In this document: piece after piece, positions 1 to 10,143 of the stretch
How positions within the stretch are numbered: position 1 is the first letter of the stretch
Layout: each line of letters starts with the position of its first letter
Virus record (IMG/VR): IMGVR_UViG_3300012933_000388
Location: 64,001 to 105,109 of that record
Source: a virus
Lineage: Duplodnaviria > Heunggongvirae > Uroviricota > Caudoviricetes
Length of the DNA: 41,109 nt
Reading direction: 5' to 3' (one strand)
Made by a program: the position numbers and the translations under genes
Notes under the pieces: model-generated
Seen by the model: the letters and a program-made list of their open reading frames with translations, nothing else
Told to the model about the DNA's origin: nothing
Databases searched by the model: none

Positions 1-2
1 AT

Positions 3-3000
3 ACTGAGTATAGCTACGTCAAACTATTCGATTTGCAACCTAGTGGCGATAACTACTCTATCTCTGGTTTAGTTAATACGTACCTAGTGGAGTCCACTAG
101 TAACCTGCACTCACTGACTGTGAACTACGCACAGGGCGGTCAGCAGCTTGATCCAGACCTTAATACATTATATTTGAAGTATCTGAATACTGGTATCAAT
201 GGTGAGAAGACGTATGAAAACAACTCCGTGTTGACATCATACCACCGCGATTACCGCGTCGAATCTATCCAGGTCGTTGATGGTGGTACTCTATACTCCA
301 ATAGCGATATTGTAGGATTTGTAAGCAACACAGGTTCTGGCGCTAGTGCGCAATTGACAACATACGCAAACGGTACTATTCGTAGCGTTGCCGTCGTCGA
401 ACGTGGATCTGGTTATATTACGATCCCCGACATTGCCATTACTTCGAATAACGGTAGTGGAGCTTCTTTGAGTGTGGTGAACTACCTAGCACAAGTGCAA
501 GTCGCCAACTCGATTTATGCTAATGCTGTTGGTCGTGGTACTGCTATCAAGACCTCTGATGGTGTAATCTATCAGAAGGGCCACTTTATCCGTGTTGGTG
601 CGCATGAGACAATCTTGTCCAAATACAACACTACCCCTAATAACGTCGTTGCTGGTTTTGTAACTAGCGAAGCGGTTGTTAACAGTAACTCCGACCAGAC
701 GTTGTTGGATAATGCAGGCGGAACTACTAATTACACAGCTCCAGGAGCTGACCGTCTCAAGTTGACTGCCAACTTGGTCACTATGAGCACAACTGCCGCG
801 GCAGCAAATAATGAATTCTTGGTGTTGTATGAATATCAAGATGGACGCGTCGTTAAGGACCGTACATTTACACAGTTCAATTCTGTAAACAAGGAATTGG
901 CACGTCGTACATACGAAGAGTCGGGCAACTACGTTGTTAATCCGTTTACGTTGTATTCTGAAGCTAAGACAGGGAATACAAGCCATCTGAACATGGTAGT
1001 AGGTGCTGGTGTTGGATATGTTGAGGGTAGCCGTGTTGAAATTCTAAACAATACAAGACACCCAATCCGCAAATCTGATGACACCATCACGGACACAACA
1101 CAAACTATCACGACCAACTATGGAGGTTACATCAACGTTAAAGAGTTGATGGGTAACTTCGATATTAAACAAGCTGGCACTATCGCGCTCTACAACGACG
1201 CAACCAACCCATATGGTAGCCGTGCAATTACTACCGGTACAGGTATCCAAGCTCCGTCCGGAGGGGTGCAAATTGGTACAGCGCGCGTGAGATCGATCGC
1301 ATATGATTCAGGCATACCTGGCTCTGCAGATTGCGTCTACCGTGTATATCTGTTCGACGTAAAGATGTCGTCAGGATTTACATTCAAGGATGTGCGTACC
1401 ATTATGAATGGTAGTTCTGGTATAGCTGATATTATCTGGGACACTGCTCTAGGATACGCTGTACAATATGACACAGACTTCGATAAACTAGTATTCGATA
1501 CTGGTACCTTTGCTGTGCGTGAATTGGACAACGAGATTGTCATCACTCGTACATCAAACAACACAGGTGCGTTCACTAGTGGTGGTGTGTTGAGTTTCTC
1601 CCTTGGTAGTGGCGTCAAGTTCCCATACCAAGCTAGCTCTACGCTATCAACTGTACAAGAGAAGGACTTCATTGTTGTTCCTTCGTCGACGATGACTAAG
1701 TCGTCGAATAATGCTGGTACGGTAGTTGCAAACACTGCACAAACATATGTTACAGGTACTGGCACTACATTCCAGACTGATTATGCTGTTGGGCAGTACA
1801 TCAAAGTCGGTAGCAACACTGCTTTGATTACTCGTATCACGTCTAATACCTCCATGGATATTACTCCAGCATGGGGTGCGACATGGAACGCCGGAAATGC
1901 TCACTATACAACATATCCAGCTAACGTGCCTATTGATTTTTCTGCTACTGGCCGAACAATCGCTATCGACTCATCGAGAAGCACTGTTACACTAACATTA
2001 GGACATCTCCTCGCGGCTACATCCGATCCTGTGACAGTATACCACGATGCGGAATATGATTCTCCAGCCGTACGAGTGAAGAGTGCTAATCAATATTATG
2101 TTAAAATCTCTAATACAGCAACAGGCACTACCAGCAACGGACCATGGTGTCTCGGAATTCCTGACGTAATCGACCTTGAGGCTGTGTACTTGGGTACAGG
2201 AACATCATATGCTAATACTGACGCAAGTCCAGTAAACTACCGCGACAGCTTCACGATTGATAGCGGACAGACTGACAACTTCTATGGCCTTGCTTCGTTG
2301 AAGATTAAGCCAGGCACATCATTATCTCTAGCCAACAAGAACCTAACTGTGCTCGTTAAAGCACTGACACACGGTACTGGTAGCTATATCTCTACTGAGT
2401 CGTATTTTAGCTCAATCGATGATGTATCGGAACCATTGCCAGGCAACAAGATTCGTACGCAAGATATTCCTGTGTATGTGTCGCCTAAGACTGGTAAGGC
2501 TTACGATCTCCGTAATGTGATCGATTTCCGCCCAATCTGTACACCTACAGCTAACTTAGCAACAACATCAGCTGGCGCTACTATCAACCCAAGCGACACA
2601 GTTGCATTTGCAGCTACTGATAAGTTGTTCCCATCTCCGATCAGATCGTTCACAGGTTCTGTGACATCATATCTGGCTCGTCGTGACCGTATTATCATCG
2701 ATAAGGTGGGCCGCGTACGTATCGTTGAGGGCGCTCCATCGAATGCACCATCTGTTCCAGTGGAACCAGAAGGTTGTATGACTATTGGTGTGGTTAATAT
2801 CCCTCCATACCCAAGCCTATCAGCTAAAGAAGCTGCTGATAGTGGCCGTCCAGATTTGGGCGTGTATGTTTCACCGCAACAGAACCGTCGCTACACGATG
2901 AAGGATATCTCCGACATCGAAGGACGTATCAGCCGCCTCGAATACTACACATTGCTGAACACACTCGAAACCAACACTAAACAGATGGTGTTGCCTGGCG

Positions 3001-6000
3001 AAGCTAATACTTCAATTGAGCGTTTCAAGAATGGATTCTTCGTCGATCCTATGACCGACTATAACGTATCCAATCTGCACGATCCAGAGTATAAGGTGTT
3101 GATCGACACGGTAAGCGGCATCGCTCGCCCATACTTCTCTGACGCTCGTGTTGACTTGAAGTTCAACCCAACAACAAGCTCCAATGTCAGCAAGCACGGC
3201 GATCACGTCTTGTTAGATCATACAGCAAACAATATCATGCTGCAACAACCGTCTGCGACAATGGATCGTACGTTGGTTGACCAGTACTGGAGATATGTTG
3301 GTAACTTGACTACTGTTCCTTCATTCGATAGCTACTATGACATCGCTAACACATCTGTGTCGGTTGTTATTGACCTCGCATCGCCAATTAATAACTTGGC
3401 ACGTGCAACGTCTGCTGCATTGTCTGAGCTGAAAGTCAATACCAACGTTCTTGGATCTGTTAACACAGGCTCTGCATATTTGATCAGCCAATCAGGGCTG
3501 ACACAAGATTGGAGACAAGACGTTAATACTGCGCTCAATGATACTAAGGTAACATTGTCTGGTGGCGGTACTACGACATCTAATGCTACCACAGTTAACA
3601 TTCTGAGTAGCTTAGAGTTGCAACAATACATTCGCGATCAACGTGTATACTTCGTATCTACTGGCTTACGTCCAGGGGCACGTCACTATGCATATTTTGA
3701 TGGTGTAGCTATCTCTGATAGATCAGCTCCAGCGTCCGTTGACTTGACGTTGACGACATTGACTCCATCAGCTTTCGTGACAGCAGGAGCTATTGGAGCT
3801 CCGCTGATTGCTAACAGCTCTGGTGTGGTTGCTGGATATATCGATATCCCTAAAACGACCTACTTTGTAGGCGAACGCTCCGTTGTATTGATGGACGTAG
3901 ATAACGTTGCATCCGAAGCAACCGCAACATCTCGTGGTTTTGGTAAGTTTACAGCATATGCATTTGCTGGTAACAGAACCAACTTGTCTATATCGACAAA
4001 GACCATCGACGTTGCTGGAGGTCAAGGATTCTCAGCTACAAACTATTTGTCTGCGACTTACTACCGTAACGACCACACAGACTTTACTGTTCAACTTCCA
4101 AACCCAGATCCGCTGGCTCAAACCTTCAAGGTTCAGTCTACTGGTGATCAGACGGATGGTGTGTTTGTTACAAGTCTTGATGTTTTCTTCAAGAGAAAAG
4201 ACCCATCGCAAGGCGTTACAATTGAGATTCGTGAGACAGTCAACGGTGCTCCAGCATCTGTTATCGTCCCGTTCTCACGAGTGTATAAGCCAAGCAGTCA
4301 GGTCAGCGTCAGCAATAACGCTACAGCTGCTACTACATTCACATTCGAGACTCCTGTATACCTAAGAGCTGGTAACGATTATGCTATCGTGTTGTATCCA
4401 GACGCAAATACTCCAGAGTATCGTGTATTCACTGCACGTGTGGGATATAGAGACATCACAAACAGTAGCCTATTGGTGAACCAGAACTGGGGTCTCGGAA
4501 CGTTGTTCTACTCCACCTCTGGCGCTATATGGACTCCTGTGCAGGACGAAGATCTGAAGTTTACATTGAAGCGCGCTAAATTTACAGCTAGCAGCGGTAC
4601 TGCAGTTCTCAATAACGGAGACTATGAGTTCCTAACAGTGAATAACGCACTCGGTTCTGTTAGAGGCGGCGAAGCAATTGCTCAATTGCATCCAAATAAC
4701 TACCTCAACACTACCCTAACGTCATCGACGTCTAACAATGTGTTGTTCACAGGTAGTGACATTTCTTCATCGTTGGCTACAGGCGATAATGTGTTGGTTA
4801 TCTACGGTACAAGCCAAACTTTGGCTACTGGTAGCGTATCTCTAACAGCAACTGCTGTGTCTAATGCTGCTGGCGAGACTACTGAGTTTGACACTAGCTT
4901 CAGTGCTGGTAACTTCATCAAGTTCGGTAATACCTCGGCTGGTGAAATCCGTCAAGTAATTGCTGTAGCGAATAGTTCCGCACTAACGATCGACGCTCCG
5001 ATCACTGGCAACACTACAAGCACACAATGCTTTAGATTATCGCCATTGTTCCAAGTTGCGAAGGTTGTATCTGCAAACTCATCTGCTCTGGTACTCGATA
5101 AGGTCGCAGCCGCAAATACATCATCTACAGTACAAGCAACAATCCAGAAGGTTATCGCTGGAACTGTAGATACGTATGATTATAGTAACAACACTATCTT
5201 CATCAACAACTCTTCATCGTCTAATAGCACGTTTAAGATATTTGCCGCTAACAACACATACCGTGGTACACTTATCGGCGATACATCACAAGCGACTGCT
5301 GACGTTGTTAGCGTTGATGATATTAGCGTCAACTTCTTCAAGCCGTTCTTCAGCACGATCGTGACACCTGGCACATCGTTGTCGTTGACGTCTACATTCA
5401 CACTGCAAAATGCAGGCACATCTGATACTAAGTTGTATGAGATGGGAATGTTGAACAAGCTAACATTCAACGATAATGCAGTGATCAAGAGCCGTAGTAA
5501 CGAAATTACTGGTTCCGTTGTCAACAAGTCATTCAGCGTGTCGATGAGTTTCAGCTCATCTGCAAATAGTACATCGCCTGTATTGGACGTAAATCCAATC
5601 AGCGTGATCACTACACGCAACTTGATCAACGACACACTTGATGGTGAAACTACTCGATATGGTAGTGCCACAAGTAAGTATATCTCGAAGCGTTTGTCTT
5701 TGACAGAAGGAATGGATGCTGAAGACGTTAAAGTGTTCACAACAGCATACAAACCAGCTGGAACGAACGTTGACGTATATGCTAAGATCTTGAACTTTAG
5801 TGACGGTGAATTGTTTGAAGATAAGGATTGGACATTACTTGAGCAAACTACATCCGATTTCACATTCAGTGATTCGTTGAATGATCAAGACTACAGAGAG
5901 TATGAGTATACTTTCCCAGTCACTCCTCCTGCAATTGTTATCTCAACTAGTTTGGTAACTACGCAGTCAGGCAATACGATCATTACTGGTGCTGATGCGT

Positions 6001-6347
6001 CAATCACGAGCAATCTCGTGGTCGGAGACTTCATCAAAGTCGTTAGATCCAACAGATTGACTGACTATGACATGCTACGTGTTACTAACATTAACACAGG
6101 TGCATCACAGATCACTACAGCTACTGCAGCGTCATTTACTTCCACTGGATGTACTGTCGAAAAGGTAACACAACCTAAGGCAGCTTTCAAGTATTGTCGT
6201 AATAACAACATCGTACGTTACCATAGCCCTACCGGAGCTGCATATGATACGTACAAGTATCTGGCAATCAAGATTGTATTGAGATCGCCATACAGCTACT
6301 TGGTACCTACGGTTAACGATGTTCGAGCACTTGCAGTATCGGTATGA
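3..6347 (+). CDS. Large baseplate/structural protein, VrlC/DUF4815-like; 5'-truncated (frame open from window edge)
   Basis: Frame has no stop from nt 3 (TEYSYVKLFDLQP...), so the TTG at 33 is not the true start. Motifs QKGHFIRV, APGADRLK, ELARRTYEESGNY, RLEYYTLLN, RFKNGFFVD, DPLAQTF, EDLKFTLKRAKF and C-terminal IKIVLRS...PTVNDVRALA match the VrlC-like proteins of T4-like myophages as I know them. Confidence 0.85.
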   Translation, partial: TEYSYVKLFDLQPSGDNYSISGLVNTYLVESTSNLHSLTVNYAQGGQQLDPDLNTLYLKYLNTGINGEKTYENNSVLTSYHRDYRVESIQVVDGGTLYSNSDIVGFVSNTGSGASAQLTTYANGTIRSVAVVERGSGYITIPDIAITSNNGSGASLSVVNYLAQVQVANSIYANAVGRGTAIKTSDGVIYQKGHFIRVGAHETILSKYNTTPNNVVAGFVTSEAVVNSNSDQTLLDNAGGTTNYTAPGADRLKLTANLVTMSTTAAAANNEFLVLYEYQDGRVVKDRTFTQFNSVNKELARRTYEESGNYVVNPFTLYSEAKTGNTSHLNMVVGAGVGYVEGSRVEILNNTRHPIRKSDDTITDTTQTITTNYGGYINVKELMGNFDIKQAGTIALYNDATNPYGSRAITTGTGIQAPSGGVQIGTARVRSIAYDSGIPGSADCVYRVYLFDVKMSSGFTFKDVRTIMNGSSGIADIIWDTALGYAVQYDTDFDKLVFDTGTFAVRELDNEIVITRTSNNTGAFTSGGVLSFSLGSGVKFPYQASSTLSTVQEKDFIVVPSSTMTKSSNNAGTVVANTAQTYVTGTGTTFQTDYAVGQYIKVGSNTALITRITSNTSMDITPAWGATWNAGNAHYTTYPANVPIDFSATGRTIAIDSSRSTVTLTLGHLLAATSDPVTVYHDAEYDSPAVRVKSANQYYVKISNTATGTTSNGPWCLGIPDVIDLEAVYLGTGTSYANTDASPVNYRDSFTIDSGQTDNFYGLASLKIKPGTSLSLANKNLTVLVKALTHGTGSYISTESYFSSIDDVSEPLPGNKIRTQDIPVYVSPKTGKAYDLRNVIDFRPICTPTANLATTSAGATINPSDTVAFAATDKLFPSPIRSFTGSVTSYLARRDRIIIDKVGRVRIVEGAPSNAPSVPVEPEGCMTIGVVNIPPYPSLSAKEAADSGRPDLGVYVSPQQNRRYTMKDISDIEGRISRLEYYTLLNTLETNTKQMVLPGEANTSIERFKNGFFVDPMTDYNVSNLHDPEYKVLIDTVSGIARPYFSDARVDLKFNPTTSSNVSKHGDHVLLDHTANNIMLQQPSATMDRTLVDQYWRYVGNLTTVPSFDSYYDIANTSVSVVIDLASPINNLARATSAALSELKVNTNVLGSVNTGSAYLISQSGLTQDWRQDVNTALNDTKVTLSGGGTTTSNATTVNILSSLELQQYIRDQRVYFVSTGLRPGARHYAYFDGVAISDRSAPASVDLTLTTLTPSAFVTAGAIGAPLIANSSGVVAGYIDIPKTTYFVGERSVVLMDVDNVASEATATSRGFGKFTAYAFAGNRTNLSISTKTIDVAGGQGFSATNYLSATYYRNDHTDFTVQLPNPDPLAQTFKVQSTGDQTDGVFVTSLDVFFKRKDPSQGVTIEIRETVNGAPASVIVPFSRVYKPSSQVSVSNNATAATTFTFETPVYLRAGNDYAIVLYPDANTPEYRVFTARVGYRDITNSSLLVNQNWGLGTLFYSTSGAIWTPVQDEDLKFTLKRAKFTASSGTAVLNNGDYEFLTVNNALGSVRGGEAIAQLHPNNYLNTTLTSSTSNNVLFTGSDISSSLATGDNVLVIYGTSQTLATGSVSLTATAVSNAAGETTEFDTSFSAGNFIKFGNTSAGEIRQVIAVANSSALTIDAPITGNTTSTQCFRLSPLFQVAKVVSANSSALVLDKVAAANTSSTVQATIQKVIAGTVDTYDYSNNTIFINNSSSSNSTFKIFAANNTYRGTLIGDTSQATADVVSVDDISVNFFKPFFSTIVTPGTSLSLTSTFTLQNAGTSDTKLYEMGMLNKLTFNDNAVIKSRSNEITGSVVNKSFSVSMSFSSSANSTSPVLDVNPISVITTRNLINDTLDGETTRYGSATSKYISKRLSLTEGMDAEDVKVFTTAYKPAGTNVDVYAKILNFSDGELFEDKDWTLLEQTTSDFTFSDSLNDQDYREYEYTFPVTPPAIVISTSLVTTQSGNTIITGADASITSNLVVGDFIKVVRSNRLTDYDMLRVTNINTGASQITTATAASFTSTGCTVEKVTQPKAAFKYCRNNNIVRYHSPTGAAYDTYKYLAIKIVLRSPYSYLVPTVNDVRALAVSV

Positions 6348-6562
6348 TTGTGCAGACAACAGACGCAAACTTTGCTCGTGATACAGAGAATCATGCGGTA
6401 ATAAATACTAACACTACCGCATACATGCTCTACAAGCAGCAGCGAGAGAAGTCCCGTACTGTGGACTCTCTTGCGGCTGAGGTCAACGAATTGAAGTCGG
6501 ACATCAGCGAAATCAAACAATTATTAGGACAATTGATTAAACATGCCTCTACTAATAGCTAA
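6344..6562 (+). CDS. Small coiled-coil protein (72 aa) following the VrlC-like gene
   Basis: ATGA overlap with the upstream stop; heptad pattern VDSLAAEVNELKSDISEIKQLLGQLIK. Confidence 0.75.
   Translation: MIVQTTDANFARDTENHAVINTNTTAYMLYKQQREKSRTVDSLAAEVNELKSDISEIKQLLGQLIKHASTNS
6400..6407 (+). promoter_or_regulatory. Possible T4-type late promoter (AATAAATA)
   Basis: ATAAATA core about 140 nt upstream of the 6543 gene. It lies inside a CDS (codons V-I-N-T), so it could be coincidental. Confidence 0.4.
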
Positions 6563-7346
6563 CGTAACCCCTACGTCCGACACGTTCCAGTCGTGGGTGG
6601 ACAAGACTAATCAGATCGCAGATGCGATGTCTACTGTTGTTCTAACATCGGCAGCTAATACTGTTGGAGGACAGAACAGCGCGAACGTCAATCTTGCTGG
6701 TATATTTGCAGCCACTACATTAGTAGCTACAGACGGCCTTCGTGGTGGAGGTGTAACATCATCTGCCAATTTGGCAGTGACATCTAATGTACACTTCACT
6801 GGCGCAAACGTTAGTGCTGCTACAACATATCTAAACTTGCAGTCCACGACTGCAATTATCAACTCCAATGCTATCACGATTGGTGGCACTACTGCAAACG
6901 TAGCTGCAAACCTATATGTTAAGGGAACATCCTTGACGGTGATAGCAACTGGACGTGTTGGTATTAACACAACATCAGCTGATGCTGCATTAACTGTATC
7001 TGGCGGCGCTAATGTATCAGCAGCATTATATGTTGGTGGTAGCTTAGACATTTCAGGTAACACCACACTAGCTAGCAACGTATACATTACAAAATCGGAT
7101 AGCCCAACAACGGGTACATTGTACTTTGGCAATACTGGCCTACGCACAATGAGCTATGATGGTACAAAGTTTATTATTGCAACTGCTAACTTACAGGTCA
7201 ACGGGCACGTGATTGCTAGTGGCATTGTTACTATCGGCAACACTGGCATCGATGGCGTCAACGTTGCTGCTTTCAAGGTTGCATATGATAGCCGCCCAAT
7301 TCTGAAAATATATGATGTGAATGGCACTCAGCTGTTCACAATGTGA
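6543..7346 (+). CDS. Putative short fibre/structural protein (267 aa)
   Basis: N-terminal DTFQSWVDKTNQIA anchor-type motif seen in T4-like fibre proteins; Ala/Asn/Thr/Gly-rich beta-type repeats (ANVS, GNTT, GRVGINT). Confidence 0.7.
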   Translation: MPLLIANVTPTSDTFQSWVDKTNQIADAMSTVVLTSAANTVGGQNSANVNLAGIFAATTLVATDGLRGGGVTSSANLAVTSNVHFTGANVSAATTYLNLQSTTAIINSNAITIGGTTANVAANLYVKGTSLTVIATGRVGINTTSADAALTVSGGANVSAALYVGGSLDISGNTTLASNVYITKSDSPTTGTLYFGNTGLRTMSYDGTKFIIATANLQVNGHVIASGIVTIGNTGIDGVNVAAFKVAYDSRPILKIYDVNGTQLFTM

Positions 7347-7356
7347 TTGGTGAGCA

Positions 7357-8337
7357 ATGGGAAGACCTCTTAAAATTCTGAGTTATGGTAGCGGCAACAT
7401 TTCGTTAAAGGAAATGTCGGATGCCGAAATCTACGACTCAATAGGATACCATGTCCTCAAAGCATTCGCTAGTACGCCAAGTGTTGGTAGTCTAGTGAGC
7501 CCTCAGGCTGGTGCAACAAACATCGGAAGCTTCGTCGATACATATCGGGTATCTCCTCCAGGCACTCACGACGGAACAGCAGCAAACATGACTTCGACTA
7601 CAGTAACAGTCGCGCAGCTGACTGGGTCTGTGACGGAAACATTTGTCCGGCCGGTTGGATGGACGTCGACGTTCATCGAGTCAATGTCGGATAGCGATAT
7701 CAATACATATATTATTGATCCTACAATCAATATAATGACCAACGGGGGACTTGGGTCATATTATATCAGCTCAACTACGCCAACCCACGTAGCAGGCGCT
7801 ACATGGACGCAGGCATTTGCAATAACCAACTACTCATATACCGGATCTAACCTTGGTAGTACGTATGTGTGGCAATTAACAAACCTCCCAGCTCCAGCCA
7901 ACCTATACCCTATCAAATGGAATGGTAGTAGCTCGCTCAGAGAGATTGACCAAACGACCATCAGACTGTTGGCTCAACGTTTACGTAATCGTATAATAAG
8001 TACTGGTCGTGGGACATATGCAGTGCAAGCATCTACACCTAGTACTGGTAGCTGGGCACAGATGGGTGCATCGTATGTTGATGATCGTCAAAGTACAACC
8101 AATGTTGGTTATACTGGAGCATACTCTGGCACATACGTAGGTGGATATACTGGGACATACTCTGGCACATATACCACATGGTATGGTGGTAGGGGTGTGA
8201 ACTCTACCGGATATTACACTGGTTATTATACTGGGTACTACACAGGGTATTATACTGGCAATTATGTTGGATTAACAGTCGCAGGCACAACGGAATCATT
8301 AGGTACTACAGCACGGCTGTGGGTACGTAGGAGTTAA
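7357..8337 (+). CDS. Putative virion protein with C-terminal Tyr-Thr/Ser-Gly repeat tract
   Basis: 326 aa; S/T/G-rich; ends with YTGAYSGTYVGGYTGTYSGTY...TGYYTGYYTGYYTGYYTGNYVG; lies in the structural operon. Confidence 0.7.
   Translation: MGRPLKILSYGSGNISLKEMSDAEIYDSIGYHVLKAFASTPSVGSLVSPQAGATNIGSFVDTYRVSPPGTHDGTAANMTSTTVTVAQLTGSVTETFVRPVGWTSTFIESMSDSDINTYIIDPTINIMTNGGLGSYYISSTTPTHVAGATWTQAFAITNYSYTGSNLGSTYVWQLTNLPAPANLYPIKWNGSSSLREIDQTTIRLLAQRLRNRIISTGRGTYAVQASTPSTGSWAQMGASYVDDRQSTTNVGYTGAYSGTYVGGYTGTYSGTYTTWYGGRGVNSTGYYTGYYTGYYTGYYTGNYVGLTVAGTTESLGTTARLWVRRS
8110..8271. repeat. 12-nt-period coding repeat (Y-x-G-x / TGYY) with varied synonymous codons
   Basis: For example gga tat tac act / ggt tat tat act / ggg tac tac aca / ggg tat tat act / ggc aat tat. 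Confidence 0.85.
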
Positions 8338-8340
8338 TAA

Positions 8341-8784
8341 ATGAAAACAATACAAGCCGTCGAGAAGCCAATTTGGCAGGACATCTCGACAAAAGATAGA
8401 ATTATTGCACGATTCGTGTATGATGATGGCAGCGCCAATGTCGTATCGTTTCCTGTCGATGACACCAATGACGATTATACTACATTCTCAACGTTCAGTT
8501 CGATAGAGGAAGTCGACACGAACACAGAAGAGGTTCGAGCTGAACAAGCTGCTGCAAGAGAGAAATCAATTGCACAGAACACAGAGAGAACTGAGCAGAA
8601 AAAATCTAACACTCTGTTCAATGCTAAGATTGAAGCATTCGAACATCCACTCGTTCAAGCAGCTCCAAAGGAGTGGAAGGCAATGATACGTAAGGCTACC
8701 ACAACTGTTGAGGTTGTTGCAGTTGTTGCGGCTTTGATTATTAAGAACGGTGAACCGAGTGCTACGTTGAGTGATGCAGAATAA
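8341..8784 (+). CDS. Hypothetical protein (147 aa), possibly a fibre-assembly/chaperone type
   Basis: Clean ATG 3 nt after the previous stop; N-terminal beta part (WQDISTKDRIIARFVYDDG), then charged helix and hydrophobic C-terminal helix. Confidence 0.65.
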   Translation: MKTIQAVEKPIWQDISTKDRIIARFVYDDGSANVVSFPVDDTNDDYTTFSTFSSIEEVDTNTEEVRAEQAAAREKSIAQNTERTEQKKSNTLFNAKIEAFEHPLVQAAPKEWKAMIRKATTTVEVVAVVAALIIKNGEPSATLSDAE

Positions 8785-9460
8785 TGGGTTTGTAATAATA
8801 GCAACAGTACATAGGAAGTACGTGCTGTCAGCAGCAAACCTTGCTGACTCTATTCGTGATTATTGGCCTGAAGCAAACATAACCATATACACGACGCCAG
8901 ATCTGTTGGATGGAGTTGATTTGAGTTCTGCAGATCAAGTCATTACCGATGGGGTACCGAGCGATCGTCGAGCTAAATTGTGGGCGCTGGGGAAGACGCC
9001 ATATGATATCACAGCATACTTGGACGCAGATACAGTAGTGGTATCGCCAGAGATTGTCAATATATTCGATCAGCTTGGTAATGACGATATCATCTTCACC
9101 AAGATTCGCAGATACAATTCGAATCCAAAAGGGTACCTCGATCATCCTGAGTATGTCCGACATGGGGGAGTGTTCGTATACAATAATAAGCCGGACACCA
9201 TTGCATTTATGGAACGATGGTGGGATCTGTGGTTGAATACCAGAAGCGCTGAGATATTCAACAAAACATACCCCGAATATCCAGATAAGATGAAGGAATG
9301 GGATCAGTTCTACCTGTTCTATCTTGCTACACATACCAACCACAACCTATCGTTAGGCTTCTTCGAGAACGACGCTAGGTGGAATTTTGTTACAGGATAC
9401 CTACGCAGCGAGCTTAACGGGACAGATCCAATAATTGAACACTACACAATAAAGATATAA
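8771..9460 (+). CDS. GT-A fold nucleotide-diphospho-sugar transferase-like protein
   Basis: TPYDITAYLDADT (DxD), GGVFVYN and WDQF motifs. Confidence 0.75.
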   Translation: MMQNNGFVIIATVHRKYVLSAANLADSIRDYWPEANITIYTTPDLLDGVDLSSADQVITDGVPSDRRAKLWALGKTPYDITAYLDADTVVVSPEIVNIFDQLGNDDIIFTKIRRYNSNPKGYLDHPEYVRHGGVFVYNNKPDTIAFMERWWDLWLNTRSAEIFNKTYPEYPDKMKEWDQFYLFYLATHTNHNLSLGFFENDARWNFVTGYLRSELNGTDPIIEHYTIKI

Positions 9461-10143
9461 TGATTTTTGCTAATAAGATTCCATCGGAGTTGCTGGATCA
9501 ACTGAATGATTTTAGCGATTGGTTCTTTGCTCAGTCGATTGAGAGTACAGTGGAGCTGCAGCCAAAGAAGCTTGACACAGAGTATGCCGTCAGCAATGAA
9601 TACCTAGAACTAATGAAGAGCCGCCCCGACAATGTGGGGTTTCCAGAAGAGTGCTATGGTGCTGATTTTAAAAACGTTGGTGTGTATGATACGGCCGTAT
9701 ATTTCGACCGAGTGCAAAAGCTAGACAAAGCACTAATGAATTTTACAGGTAGCCGCAACAACGCCCTCAAGATGTACTATCCGCCAGGGGGATACATAGG
9801 ATGGCATAATAATGCAAACGCTCCTGGATACAATATTCTGTTCACCTACAGCGAGACAGGTGATGGAGACTTTAGATACATTCACCCACAGACAGGTGAG
9901 TTGGTAATCATGCCAGACCGTAAGGGGTGGAGCTGTAAAGCTGGGTACTATGATATTGTAGATGGCAAACCACTTTGGCACGCAGCGCACACGAAGTGCA
10001 ATCGACTAAATTGGGCTTACATCATTCACCCTACTCTATGGGCCGATATGGCTGAGGAGTTGGGCATCGATGTTACAGCAGTATCTGATGTATTCGGGAG
10101 AGACCCACACAATGATGATGCGGCTGCAAAATTCTTTAGATGA
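9460..10143 (+). CDS. Cupin/DSBH (2OG-Fe(II)-oxygenase-like) protein
   Basis: YYPPGGYIGWHNN...NILFTYS...G.F.Y...LWHAA pattern; the first triad is HxN rather than the canonical HxD. Confidence 0.6.
   Translation: MIFANKIPSELLDQLNDFSDWFFAQSIESTVELQPKKLDTEYAVSNEYLELMKSRPDNVGFPEECYGADFKNVGVYDTAVYFDRVQKLDKALMNFTGSRNNALKMYYPPGGYIGWHNNANAPGYNILFTYSETGDGDFRYIHPQTGELVIMPDRKGWSCKAGYYDIVDGKPLWHAAHTKCNRLNWAYIIHPTLWADMAEELGIDVTAVSDVFGRDPHNDDAAAKFFR

Noticed and set aside
8110-8271. Tyr-Gly tract as a non-coding or slippage-driven DNA repeat
   Set aside because: The units differ at synonymous positions while preserving the peptide, which indicates protein-level constraint.
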